A stretch of DNA of 63,999 nt, filler included, from Sphacelaria rigidula (lineage: Eukaryota): NCBI GenBank assembly GCA_964200075.2. It is 5 parts of 5 records of this genome, joined end to end, with 100 filler letters (N's around TTAATTAATTAA, not from the genome) between each part and the next. Parts side by side here need not be neighbours in the genome. Positions count along the whole stretch, not along the records: positions 51,314 to 63,999 come from CAXNAA020003501.1; 4 more parts are not named here. The stretch is one strand, 5' to 3'. The notes under the pieces are model-generated. The model was not told the DNA's origin, searched no databases, and worked only from the letters and a program-made list of their open reading frames with translations. A program made the position numbers and the translations under genes. Every line of letters starts with the position of its first letter. The first letter of the stretch is position 1. Of the stretch, positions 51,568 to 63,999 are shown piece by piece.

Positions 51568-54500
51568 TCACGGGGCCATCGGGTCGGGAACGCCTGTGTT
51601 GTCTATCCCTTCCCAGCCAAAGGGGAACTCCGTTGCCCACACTGGAGTTGTCGGCAACCAGGCAGTATGGTGGATCGTAATCATCGGGTCCCACAAGAAG
51701 AAGGTAGACCTGTGTATGGGTACGGCATTATAGTACTTGTCGGAAATGTTCGTCGGAGGATGGGTCAGTGGCGGTCGATCGTAAACTTACTTGCTTGTGC
51801 ATGTAGAAGTATAGGGGGTCCAACGGTCGATTGCCAAAAATTTTCGCAAAAGCGAAGGTGGTGGAAACTTTCGCACGGACCGCGTGACATGAGCGAAATA
51901 GTTCCCTCATGTAGTCGAACCTATGCAGTTCCAGTTAACAAGCTTTCACTATGATGAAGGTCAGTCATCGTTGGAGTCCAGCATGTATGAGGGAACGACA
52001 ACCTTGAATACAACCGGCCCGCACTCTCCATTATTATTAGACCCATGCTGAAATGTAGCTGAAACCATAATCCGCGCTCACGTTTTATGATAGCCGTTGT
52101 AACCACGAAGTCGGAGTATGTACGCCGTGAACGTTGACAACCATGTTCCAGTGAAAGTTCGCCCGTGACTAGCAATGATCTGCACGCCATAGCACCGTTA
52201 AACATGTTCCAACGTTTGGAGCGCGCGCGCGGGGGGGGGGGGGGGAAAGGGCACGATGCGTATGCAGGCACCGTTCTTGTTCTAGATCGAACTTTGAGGT
52301 CCACAAATGTGAGAGGTACTGCTCATGGGTTATAGCGTCGAGGCGTGGATCCATCCGAGGCAAACCCACGAGGGCTTGGTCGTTGTTGTGGTAATTCGGT
52401 CGCCGCATGTGTTTTCCCCAGTACGAACGCAAGACAGCGAGCAGCAGGTTTTGAAGGAGCCTATTATTTTTACCCATGGAGCGAACACGGGCCCTTGAAA
52501 AGCATTTCGTTTTTCGGATGAACCTAGACTACAGAAGCACGTACAGTATGCTCTGCATCTCAAGCTCACAATAGTTTACCTTCGACTGCGAAATTCCTGT
52601 CGTACCCAGCTATTCACAAAAATTATCAAACAGGAAACTCGGGGGCGCACGCCCGACGATTCAAGTTGGTGAGTTCATCCTCGTCGGCCGCTTGTACTGG
52701 AGAAATCGATTCATGTAAGCAAGGCTGTGGGGAGAATGAGGTTCTGTTCGGTATCGCAAGCATACCTGCTCCACCAAGGGGATGCACTCGGGCTTGATCT
52801 CCGAGACGCCAGCCTTCTCGAAGTAGTCGGACAAGAATCGCACCCTGAAGCGCTCCTCAAACACGTGGAAAAACGTTTTGTCTTTCTCGTCCGTAGCAAT
52901 GTACAGCGTTTCTCCCTCTGTCAAATACTTCTATTTCGCACAAAACGTCACGCAAACGAAAAATAAAAATATGAGGTAAATGACGTTTCCGCAGTCTGGA
53001 AGGTAATGCTAGGGCACATACATGCAAGGAGCAAGCGTAATATGTATACCTCATGTTTTGCAATAAGCGCTGCGCGTCCCTTACTTCATCAGGCTTTGAC
53101 AGGAACTAATCATGGAAACGTGTCAAATGTCCACCACAGACGGAGACTGGTGAGCCCTTGACATATTTTGCTAGTAAGCGGCACTCGCAGTGAATTCCAA
53201 TGTACCTCAAGATGACGCCCCCGGTGGGATATTTCAAAATGATACCGATGACAACGTTAGGACGGGAATAAAGCGTGTTCGATTCCTGTCTAACTTGGAT
53301 TATTTCCTCGCAAGTATCTGATTTCCGCAGATAAAAATGTGGGCGCGTTAGTAGCAAGTATAGTTATGTGGATAATCTTGTTAGAAGACAGTCCACGTAG
53401 TGCGGTAGCGTTGAGCCGATTCGCGACACCAACATTTGAGGCGTGTATGGGAGGTAGGTTTATCCCCCAAACACCACGGCCGCGCCCCAAGGAAGAAGAG
53501 GCGTTCAAAGTGTCTAAACAAAAAGGAGATGGTTGTTCTGTAGCAAGTAGTTGTGCAATGTTTGTGAAACGAAGTCCAAATCATTTGAGAAGGGTAGACC
53601 ATGTGTAGCGTGTGTAGATCATCTGAAAGCACCGCGGACGAATATATTGTACGGACGGGGGGTTTAGCATTTCTCAATCGACAGGTTAATACTTCACGTA
53701 CTCTCGAGTGAGCCCTAGTCGCCATAAATGTAGGGGTATGCATATCATTCTCCAGTCCATATCAATGAGTGGAGTTCGGTTTTATTCCCAAACGACACGT
53801 CGCCCTGTATCACTCGACAGCACCAAGTCGCAGACACCGCTCGGAGCTTCAATGGGCATCTCTGGTCGTTAGCTGTTCCGTTGGAGAGCTCAACGGAGAG
53901 GCACTCAACACGACTATTCCAAGTAATGCCTTACCAAAACAAATCGCGCAGCATGAGTCCTTAGCGGCGACACTGATAGAAGATGCTCTCACCGTGGACT
54001 TATTGTAAATTTCTCCAGCCTCAATTGCAACCGTAGTGTAGTCACTCTTGAAGTCATTCCTGGCAAAAAGAAGCATTATGGCAAGAGACGGAGACGCGTG
54101 CTTCAAAAAGTCGGTTTACATGCACTGACGTTTTTTTCTTCTCCTTCTCGTCTCCATTTTTGAGAAATCGTACATTGGGGGGACGGGGGGCAAGAGGGGT
54201 TCAATGCACGAAGCACAGGCGTTTATGCGCGTATCACCTGCCCTCACACACTCGATGTGCAATTGTACGTGGCTCCGGCTTCATTCAGGCCAAAAGAAAT
54301 GGTCTGGATCACATTTTGACTGTCAAAAAGGCGGACTCTGCTCGAATGGTGCTGAGCATCGCAGTGTACGTCGTGAAATTCTGCCCGAATGGAAACATCA
54401 AGCAACGTCGGGAAGCAGGCGCAGCCTTATGTTCTGTCATTCTTGCATCCAGTGAGGTGATCAGCAAGTCGGATTCCGCCGGAGGTTGTATGCCTTGGAT

Positions 54501-57500
54501 AAAAGTGGATTCACGCACGCAAGGGCACGTTCCGTAGCAAGTAGCTGTATTATAATCGTTTGGCAAAACACCACTCAAACTGCGCGCGTACGTAGGAGGG
54601 AAGTGACGAAACGACCAGCATATGTATGTCGTCATGGAGTACAAAACCATGGAATATATCATGGTATCAACGCGAATGACGTAAGCATACGCAAAAGGCG
54701 GCCGCAAGCGTAAGTACCGACGAAGTGATGAACCGTGTAAAGTGCAGAATGTGTTAGACACACCCTAACCATAGACTTGGGCAAGCGCCACCGGGCGAAC
54801 TGTGTAAGCACAAAGGAAGAAGATATCACTCTTCTGTTGTCCCCGCTTTGTGTGCATGTTTGCGGGCGCGATGGTTTCGAGCGGAAAGACTTGATATGCC
54901 CTGAAAACCTGAAAATCAACAAAAACACCCTCCCGACCCTATTCCCCCGTACACACGTGGGGAATCAGGTGAAGAGGTCGAGTTTGAGCAAGAGCAGATG
55001 AACGAAAGCAAATTTAGCTGCATTGAGAATGGGCGTGTACTCATGATCTTGCATGCCGAAGAAGGGAAAAGAGGGAGGAGGAGGAGGAGGAGGGCTTGCA
55101 AGAATAAGATAACAGTATACCTCGTTTTTCTTTTGGCTCATGCCAACTTCGTGCTCAGACGTGCGCGAGTTAAATTGGCCAAGCAAGCGCTTGGTCATAG
55201 AGACCCCTTTAAACTTTCGGTTTGTCGTGAAGCCTTTGACGGCTGTATCTGCCCCTCGGTGGAGTCCCCTCTCAGTCCTCACCATCACTCCAGCCGACCC
55301 CGTAAGACTGAAAGACTGAAGTCGGCGCACCTGCCTCTTCAGATGCAGTATTTCTCAGACACATCGGAACAACTTGGAGGTTACTGGACATCGGTCCTGC
55401 TCTTTTGTACCAGTGAATATAGCAGGCGATGAATGAAGAATGGTGATTCTCTGCAACTTGAAAAAACGAGATGTTGGTATATTAGGGAACGTGTTTCACA
55501 ATGCGATGAATATTTTCCCATACCTGCGTATGTGGAAGGAGCTGAAGCGTCCCGAAGGATCTTCTGCCCTGATGAGCGACAGCACCTGGCTAGCCTTGCA
55601 GTATACCTCTTCGGGGTAGTGCAGGAGGTCTCGCATGAGGCGAGAGTAGTAATTGTGCGCTACTTCGTCGGAATGCAGCACGAAGCTGTACCACGGACAA
55701 AGGAGGCGCGACTGGTCGTATGTCCAGTGTATGGTCTGAAGATATGATGCACGGGCGGCGGCGTATGTTCGACGTTGTCACGTTCCTATTGCGCTTTATT
55801 CATCGGTGTTACTACTGACACGTATCCCCGTTCTCGCCGTTGTGAGTGGGATTGTTTTGTACACTGTTCATGCACGGGTATACGACAGCGCAGCACGACA
55901 TGAACAACGGTATCCCAATCAGCATCCCGATGTGCATGCGTCGCTTCGGATCACGTGCCGGATAACCGTTTTTGCGCTGCTCATGTCGATTCACTCGCTA
56001 CAATAATGGTTTTCCGAGCTACTCCAGTTCGCCGGGAATGCTGTACATACATGCGTGTGAACCAGAACGAATATTTTCACACCCTGGTGAATAACAGTAG
56101 ATTGTACTATCAAAAGCGTGTAATGCGTACAGTATAGAATATTTTATCGATTGCAACAGACGCGATAGTCGATACCGTACGCGGTACAGATTTGACGATA
56201 TAATATATTGCCATTATCCAGGGTGTGAATTTCTCCCGTGTTGTGATGAATCAGGACACATTTTTTGTAACGTTACGGAACGTCACAAAGGCAATTTTGC
56301 AGCAATTGAGCAGGCGCGAGCGTAGTGTAGTCTTGTCACGTGCTAGTATCTCACCATCTCCGTCGCCGATGGCGGTTATTGCTCGGTTGAGTACTTGAAT
56401 ATGTGACTTGATATATAAATACGTATGATTTATCGTTGTTGCTGGCATCATCAATACAGCCACGCCCACCACCACCATCCCCATGTAGTGTGGCTTCACC
56501 GCAACGCTGGCGCGTCAACGACATCGTTAATAGTGGGCGACAAAAAATACACGCACAATTACAAGTGCGCTGGGTAACACCCACCTTGGCGGTGGTCCAA
56601 TTTCCTCGGTACTCCAAGAGCTCGCGGTCGCGCAGCCACAGGTTCGCAAGTGCGTATTCTGGGGCCTGTCACGTATAGGGGACGTGGCAACGGGTGAGCA
56701 ACAACGTGTGGATCCAGCTGAACGTAAACGTCACACCCAACAGCACCAGCAGAAAGCTCATGGGCGGTGCACATTCGACCTTGTGTCTTCCAGACGTTGC
56801 GTTCTCCACCAGCGAGTACAACAGCCTCGAACAACTCCAGCTCAAACCAGGAGAAACTCGACGGATGGGGGACATTCATTTCGCAAGAGGCGTATCGCGT
56901 AGTGCATTGTTGCTCTCCTGATTATTAACACCGGCGCTTCAGTAACCAAGCAAGTTGCGTCTGTGGGGCCGAGTGTACATGAAAAGCTACTGGTACCTAC
57001 ATGTTTTCAATCTCCTTGGCGACCAAGTGGTGCTTGGACATTTTATCCGTTGTTCGCAGGTTTCCATGATGGAAATGCGAGGATGGAACATGCTGTGCCC
57101 GCAATTCACATTTCGCCACACGATGATGGGACCCTCCTACCATCAACCACTTCTATAGGACTCATTCCAAGAATACCTTCATCACATCTGGCTTGTTCCG
57201 CAAATGAATCACAGACGGAGTACTTCGTATGCGATGAAGTCGATCAAAACCTTCAAGCCGCTGATACCAATGTTTCAAGCCTGTTGCTTTGGTCTCAAAA
57301 CAACACTCGATTCAATTGTCGACGAGGGAAAGGGACTGCTGAACCCCTCTCGCGATAGAAAACAAAGGCAAGCGCCGCAGAAGGGGGGTGGAGAACTAAA
57401 AAAACAAAAAAAACTCGTGTGTTGGCCTTACTCCTGTGTGACCCCGGCTGGTGCGACCACATATACCGAAAGGTGTAGACCGGCGTCCGAAATACATGGG

Positions 57501-59297
57501 ACGGCAACACAACAACACACAGACCATACAACTGATATTTGTGTATTTTCTCCAACCCACTGTACTCGGAGTCTCACGTCCAAGTTGACTCTCTCGTTCA
57601 TACGACGCGGCATGATGAACCCGGCTTGATCTGGAGTGAGATCGGGCAGCCCTTTATCATACTGAGCCCCGACCTTCGCTAGATACTTGGCGACAAACTG
57701 CGGACAAAAAAACACGAACAGCACGGGGAAAAGATGCCAGCAGAAGGAATGAGAGAATTAAGATACTTTATATTGAAAACGTTTTGAAGAGGGGTACGAA
57801 TGGCACGAAAAAATAATAGCGACATGAAAAATTGACATACAAAACGAAGGTGCCTCCCAGAATCGAAAGCAAAACAACCAAGGTTCACTTCGGGATGCCT
57901 CTTTGATGTTAGTAACGTCGTCCACGGTATCTAGTCGCGTCGGAAATGCACGTCAAGTTTCGGGTGGTCATTGATGCCCCTGGTTTTCGTCGGTGCAGGA
58001 ACCAGCCCCCTCGGCAATGAACGGTCTCCTTGTTTCTTGTGTGTATTTGTTCAGCGTGTTGCAACCCACGGCTGCAACTCATGCCCAGACATCCAAATAA
58101 CACGAGATCGTACGTGCTTATATAGCCCGCCAAACAATAGCCGCCGTTCAACATCAAGGATGGAGCTTTTCCTTGAGAACGATAACCCGTAAAATTAGAA
58201 TGTTCGCATCCACACCACTTCTTGGACATATGGTTACATTCCTTCACCCACTGGTAGCTATCGACAACCGCTACACGCCAAATTTGGATTCCGATATCTG
58301 AAATTTTGAGAGCCTAGGTGAAACATAACCCTGAGGAGTACAGGTGATCCGATTTGACGGGTGGGAAGAAAATTCCGAAGCGAGCCCTCGAAGTAACGCG
58401 CAAGGCAGAAGCAGATAAAGTTCGCCCGGGTGGTTCCGAACGAAAACGTACGCTCTAAACTTTGCCCTGTACCTTCATCGTGATCGACACATCGATGTCG
58501 GAACATCAGGTTGAAAACAATGGTTGGAAGGGTGGGTATTCATTCCAAACCCTGGACAACAGATTACATGGTCCACGAGTGTACTGCGTGCAGTATGAAA
58601 TCTATTTTCTACAGTATTACGATAGACCGGATGGTCCAGACTGTAAGCAGTACACTTTTGAAAAATGTAAGGTATTGTCATTGTCCAGGGTGTCATACGT
58701 TCGGCGGGAGAGGAGGCCTCTTCAACGATAAGACCCCCAAAAATGCTGTGGTGCCACGGGCATGCGAGACGATTTCTTACAGCATCCATGATATAAATTG
58801 GATGCGTTTGGACACAATTTTTGTGTTCACATTTTTCGCCGAAGGAGCTCAAATTTCACCATTTTCCCGAGAAATATCTGTAATGCGGTGTTTTGCATTC
58901 CCGACTCTAGCTGATTTTGTGGAACCAGGTTTCATTGGTATCCGTTCAGCGTTAACACCACGCCGAGAAGAACGAAACCCACCACGGTATGCACGGGCCA
59001 ACCACCTGAGGTTTGAACTTGTAAATACATAACACCAGCACAGAAAAAGACGTAGATGTTTACCCCGTGGGAAGTGCATGCACCAACGCAAAAAACAAAC
59101 AAACTCACGCACCCAGGCATCAAGGCGTTTCTCGTCCTCCGAAGGTTCGATACCCAGGCGTCCCGTGAGGGCCTCCTTCTCGAAGAACTCCTCGGTTGTG
59201 ATGATCTTCACGCGCCCGGACGCCCGCATTTTATCGAGAGATAAGAAGGTCTCCAGGGGATATTCCTGCGATGTTAACGTCATGTTAACGTCATTGT

Positions 59298-59349
<52 letters not shown>

Positions 59350-62300
59350 TGCGGTAGTCGTGGTGACGAGGTGCCACCGGTGGTGATTCGGTCGCCGGCC
59401 CACGTTATTTTTTGTGTCGGTTGTGCAAGGTTCGCGTCCGGAAGAAAAACAAATCCGTCAATGACGCACCGAACAGGAGGGAGCACGCGCCGGCGACAAC
59501 ATTCAGAACAGGAGAGCAGAGGGAACGACAGCGAGGTGGTGCATATGAACACACAAACGTGAAGCAATGTCCGACAAAAGCAATTCCGACAAGAAAGGAT
59601 ATGCCCGCGAGTACACCACAACACTAGTAAGTGTTTGCTGGCAGTTGACTGCCAAGTGGCCTATTTGGTGCGCAGACATGCAGCAATTGAACGTCCCACA
59701 AATGGACAGTCAAGACAGGGGTTCCCTTCTTGCGCGACTTTCACCGCACTTGGGAAACCGGAACACAGAACGCACCTTGACCGGGAAATACGAATTGTCC
59801 ATGTGAAACACTTTGAAAGGCGGCGGGATGACGAAAGTCCGTCCGGTGGCCAGGGCAAAAGACACGGCAGACTCCACGGTCAAACGGATGTTGTTAAAGC
59901 CAGCGGGATCATTCTGAAGCGTCACGTACTTTTCTTCCTCCCACCCAGGACTTTCCCGGAAGTACGGCCCGCGATAGTCTGCGTCCCTGGAGTGTGCGTC
60001 GATGTTGCGAAGGGAGTAAATGAGGGAGTGGGTTAGGTATTGCTTGGAGGTCGATCCGGCCGCGAGGGGTGTGAGTGCCGACGCCGGAATTTCGAGATTG
60101 GGGGGTAGAGGAAAGAAAATAGCACCACGCACGGTACTCCTTAAGCATGACAAGCGTTTTGTAGATAATGACGTGGAGTGCCCCCGCCCTGGAAATAGCC
60201 CTACGGATGAGCACTTTTTGTCGTTCAATTTGCACGCGCAAGTGGTTTCGTCATGGGCGAGATATTGTACCCTAAGGAGGCGTGCTGTCTGCGTGGTGAA
60301 AGGACCCATTGGGGTAACATTTTACCGTGCGTGCGGGCTGCACGCGATGCTAGCACGCATGCGAAAGCTATGGCGAGCAAAATAGAAGAATAATCGATGG
60401 AGACTAGATACATCCCAATTTCTACGCCTTTATGTTGACTGGGTGGACCCATCACGAGTAGGACACCCCGACCAGAGGAAGCGGGATCACGTGAAGTGGA
60501 GTGTCAATGTGTACACTTCTTCACGCATCGAGGACACTTTCTACGAGCAGATCGTGAGCTACCTAAGTTACTGATCGAAGCAGTAGAGTTTACTTCAGCG
60601 GCGTTTGGGTACAAATGCCCATGGTTAATATTACTCGATTTGAGTGTGAACAACGAGAATTGGAATTTTAGTGGGGCTGACAGTCCCGTGTGCACCTCGC
60701 GTGCGCAGAACGGGTTTTCTTTCAAAATGGCGCAACAGGCGCCGATTTGGGGTCCATCAAGGCCGCACTTTCCCTAGGGAATGTATGTATCGCCTTTGAA
60801 CAAGGGTTCTCGGTGTGAGTTGGGTTGGGGTTACGGTTAGGGGTAGAGATACTTGTAAAATTGCGTCAACCATGGACATTTGTAGCCCAACGCCGGTTAA
60901 CTAGCCTCGATCGAAGAGGACTCTCAGATCCCTTGTTCTAAAATACAACATGCGGGACAGCAGGGTCCGGGAAGGCGAAGCGCTACCTCCGCGCTACGTC
61001 GCGTGATTGGCGTCTAGCCCTGTGGGGAGTAAATTCTGGAAAAAAGGGGTAAAGTGAGCTAGTTCATGATCCGGATCAGTACACTCAAAACAAGTAATAT
61101 TCAGGGTAACTCACGAGCCGTCCAACACGTTCAGCGTTTCACACCCGTCGGTAATTTGTATTTTAAGCAAACCGAGGTACGGAGATGGACACATATTCAC
61201 GCAAATTATTCGTTCTGAAACAGTAAACTCACCTGCCGGTTGAGGCGGCGGCACGTGCGTTTGATCTATGACCCCCTCTCCCCCAATCACGTCAAATCAC
61301 AACATATATATGCAGTGTTGGTCACAGTCTGGTAGGCTCGCACTTGAGGCCGTCAACTTTCCCTGACAGACTTGACTTCTCGTGACATATATTGACTACA
61401 TTCCGGCCACACTTGAAGACACGCCGCAACGTATTATAGAACATGGCGCGCGAGAGAAACGAACACCAGATCAAATGAATGTTCATCATCTTTGCCGGTC
61501 ATCGGTGGCTTCCCCAGCTGGTCTTGCAACTCACCCAGGGACGTCTTTCCAAGTGGCAATATTCGCAATCGCGCCTACCCCAGCGCCTTTGTTCGTCGTC
61601 GCGCATTCCATCGATCCCTGCACGGCTCCGTTCGGGGGTAGCCCCGGGTTCACCCCCCCCCACCCCGATGGCATTACTCTGTCCTGGCCCGATTGGATCG
61701 GACGGCTGTCCTTCTGTGCCTCAGTACTCTTTGTTTCTGCGGGAGTCTTCACCTGTATTTTCTCAGATTCTTGTCCTCCTTCTCCGTCGCCGCCACCACC
61801 CTCCATGCCATCTCCCCTCTCATATGCATCTACACCGCCCTTCCTCTCTTCAACATCCAAGTAATTGTCAGCTTCACTTCCCTCTGCACCCTCCATATCA
61901 TCTTCAACCGTCATATCATCTCCATCTTTCGTGTCGGCTTCGCCTCCATCCCTCTTTTCACTGTTCGTCCCTTCAATTTCTCCATCATCTTCCTCCTTGC
62001 TCTCCTTTTCTCCGTCACTTCCCTCTTCAACATTCATGTCAGCTTCACCCCCCTTACCCTCCTCGCCTCTATTCCTCCCTCCGGCCTCTGTATCATCTTC
62101 CCTCTCACTTCCCTCTTCACCCTCCGTATCACTTTCATCCCCACTTTCCCCATCATCGTTCATGTCAGCTTCATCCCCTTTGCCCTCCTCGCCTCCATTC
62201 CTCCCTCCGGCCTCTGTATTATCTCCCCTCTCACTTTCCTCTTCACCCTCCGTATCAATTTCACCCCCACTTTCCCCATCATCCTTCGTATCAGCTTCAA

Positions 62301-63204
62301 CCTTCATGTCAGCTTCATCCCCTTTGCCCTCCTCGCCTCCATTCCTCCCTCCGGCCTCTGTATTATCTCCCCTCTCACTTTCCTCTTCACCCTCCGCATC
62401 ACTTTCACCCCCACTTTCCCCATCATTCTCCATATCATCTTCACCGTCACGCCTCCCTCTACCCTCATCCTTTATTTCAGCCCCCTTGTCGTCTTTCCGT
62501 TCACTCTCACTCCCCTCTTCATCACTTCCCTCTGCATCGTCGTCCCCGTAATCTTGTTCCCCGTCGCGTTTTCCCTGTTCCCCACTGTCATACTCTCCAT
62601 CATCATCATCCCGTGCATGAACGTGTCTTTTCATCCCCGCTCCCGGCTGCTCCCGGCCGGTCCCTGTTCCCTTCCGTCTATCGCTTTGTTGTACCCCACC
62701 TACTCCAGACTCAGCAAACACAGCACTGGTCCTCGCCGCAATGTCTTTTTCTGCCTCTTTTCGACCTCGGGTAGCGCGCGCTTCGCTCTGCTGCACGGGT
62801 TTCCCGGCGCCATCAGGAACGTTACGAGTAGACGCCAACTGTAACGCAACCTGACCTGGCCCGTCACGGGCGGAGTGCGTGATGCCCTTTCCAACCCTTG
62901 CTTTCCCGTCGGTGTTTAGTGCTGCTTGTAGCCGTACTGTTTTTGAAGATTGGGCTTCCGTTGTCCGGTTGGTAATTCTACACAAACAAGCGAGCGGCGG
63001 GGAATAGTTCAGAGAAGAACGCCCGAGAAGACACCACGGGTGAAAGGGTAAAATTGTAGACGCCATCGGACTTGGACAAGGCAAGCACTCTCCTACCTTC
63101 GACCGATCAATCGTTTCCATTACAGCGGTCGTCGTTGTCGCATGAGTCGTAATTCTGTACATGATAATTATCCAACACCGTTCAGTTCCATCGCCTCCTG
63201 ACAC
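51568..63204 (-). CDS. GDP-fucose protein O-fucosyltransferase family (O-FucT, POFUT-like GT-B fold) with long acidic stem; 5' end unresolved
   Basis: Exons ~63204/62977-61535, 59986-59776, 59265-59113, 57697-57578, 56665-56585, 55735-55524, 54059-53993, 52930-52766, 52179-52082, 51709-51568 (stop), phase-consistent from 61535 onward. Motifs KYVTLQNDPAGFNNIR...ATGRTFVIPP, FSSFHIRRNDF, LYIATDE, LVEQIIASHGRTFTGTWLSTFTAYILRLRGY, EFPFGWEGID. Confidence 0.9.
57297..57520 (+). mobile_element. 5'-truncated copy of the tRNA-derived SINE
   Basis: GTCGACGAGGGAAAGG...TGTGTGACCCCGGCTGGTGCG...CACATATACCGA...GGGACGGCAACACAACAACACAC matches the reverse complement of 8800-9015. Confidence 0.8.
58156..58361. 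mobile_element. Diverged half copy of the 23-24 kb foldback MITE
   Basis: Shares ATCCACACCA, CTTCAC...CTGGTAGCTAT, CTACACGCCA-AATTTGGA, CCTAGGTGAA, TGATCCGAT in the same order. Confidence 0.7.
58549..58691. mobile_element. Small MITE; half copy at 35111-35155
   Basis: ACCCTGGACAA...TTGTCCAGGGT ends with internal AGTGTACTGC / GCAGTACACT. Confidence 0.6.
59299..59349. repeat. (AGT)17 microsatellite, possibly a retroposon tail
   Basis: Direct reading; ~33 nt upstream of the acceptor of exon 59265-59113. Confidence 0.9.
62035..62430 (-). repeat. Coding tandem repeat, three ~41-48 aa acidic units
   Basis: DGESGGESDAEGEEESERGDNTEAGGRNGGEEGKGDEADM and two close variants in ORF 61531-63204. Confidence 0.9.
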
Positions 63205-63999
63205 CGCCGCCGCCGCAGCAGCACCAGCACCAGCACCAGCATATTTGCCATGGAAACTGTTTGTATCGTGTATGCCGATGTGGTGTCAACGTATTAGTAC
63301 TATACTGATTGCCTACATCCCAGCGCTTTGTTCGCGTTTCCTCCACATTACGGGGTTCAACATGTCTACATCACCAGCAGTCGTTGCAAGCATTCAAATT
63401 GAGAGTCGAGCCACATGGCATCGGGGGCTTCCGTTTTCAGTCCGCGTTACTCCGTAATTTGCTTCTATGTGGGCGATTCACATGTTGCACGTTCACACAA
63501 CGCACGTCTTTACACGCTGTCCACGTTGCTAAGAGCCAAGTAAACACTCCACAGCTCACATTTTATCTGCAAGGTAAAACACTCGGCTGTAGAGAATCAC
63601 GGCCGTGCCCACCCCAAGTAGCAGCAACGGAGAACACGAGTGTCTTCGTCGGCGCCCGCCATCCAGGTCGTTCCTCCTGCTTATTCGCGCCGAGTGCTGC
63701 AAAACAAGTGCGTAGGTTATGAAAACCGTACATTACGAAGTGTGAATAAACGTGCACACGGTAGGATGGGAGTTGGGAGCCGACGTCTAAAATGAACAGT
63801 TTGAAGGGTCGGACGAATCATTGCCGATTCGAGTGATCGAATCTGGTATTCCTGGGGTCTGATTAGACACTTTCCATGATAGTCCCCCCATAAGAAGTGG
63901 CTGGTCTGGGGGGGGGGGGGGGAATTTACCCGTCAAACCACTTGAAAGAGACCCGGGCACAACAACCCCCGGGGACGTCCCAAGCGTGGGGATCTTTTC

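Noticed and set aside
61479..62844. Three long overlapping plus-strand ORFs (431, 383, 228 aa)
   Set aside because: Shadows of the purine-rich acidic exon on the minus strand; a C/T-rich strand lacks stops.

Overview
Eukaryotic, intron-rich genomic DNA (about 50% GC, short exons, GT-AG introns of 0.3-2.5 kb, many small dispersed repeats); gene content and style suggest a brown alga or related stramenopile (inference). It is not one locus: five segments (12730, 12729, 12727, 12727 and >=12686 bp) are joined by identical 100-bp N44-TTAATTAATTAA-N44 linkers, as expected for length-sorted contigs, so gene neighbourhood across linkers is meaningless. Hand-spliced gene models: contig 1, partial IQ-motif + polycystin/TRPP-like membrane protein; contig 2, first exon of a longin-fold adaptor subunit and a complete 6-exon LETMD1-like gene; contig 3, a 7-exon PX-GOLD-coiled-coil gene (one GC-AG intron) head-to-head with a probable broad-minded/TBC1D32 N-terminal exon; contig 4, ten internal exons of SEC31 with an unexpected WW domain; contig 5, a GDP-fucose O-fucosyltransferase-family gene with a long acidic repeat stem. 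Introns and intergenic DNA hold tRNA-derived SINEs, foldback/MITE elements and microsatellites. I found no multi-gene novel system; the best leads are unusual domain architectures. Family calls rest on recalled motifs, not database searches.
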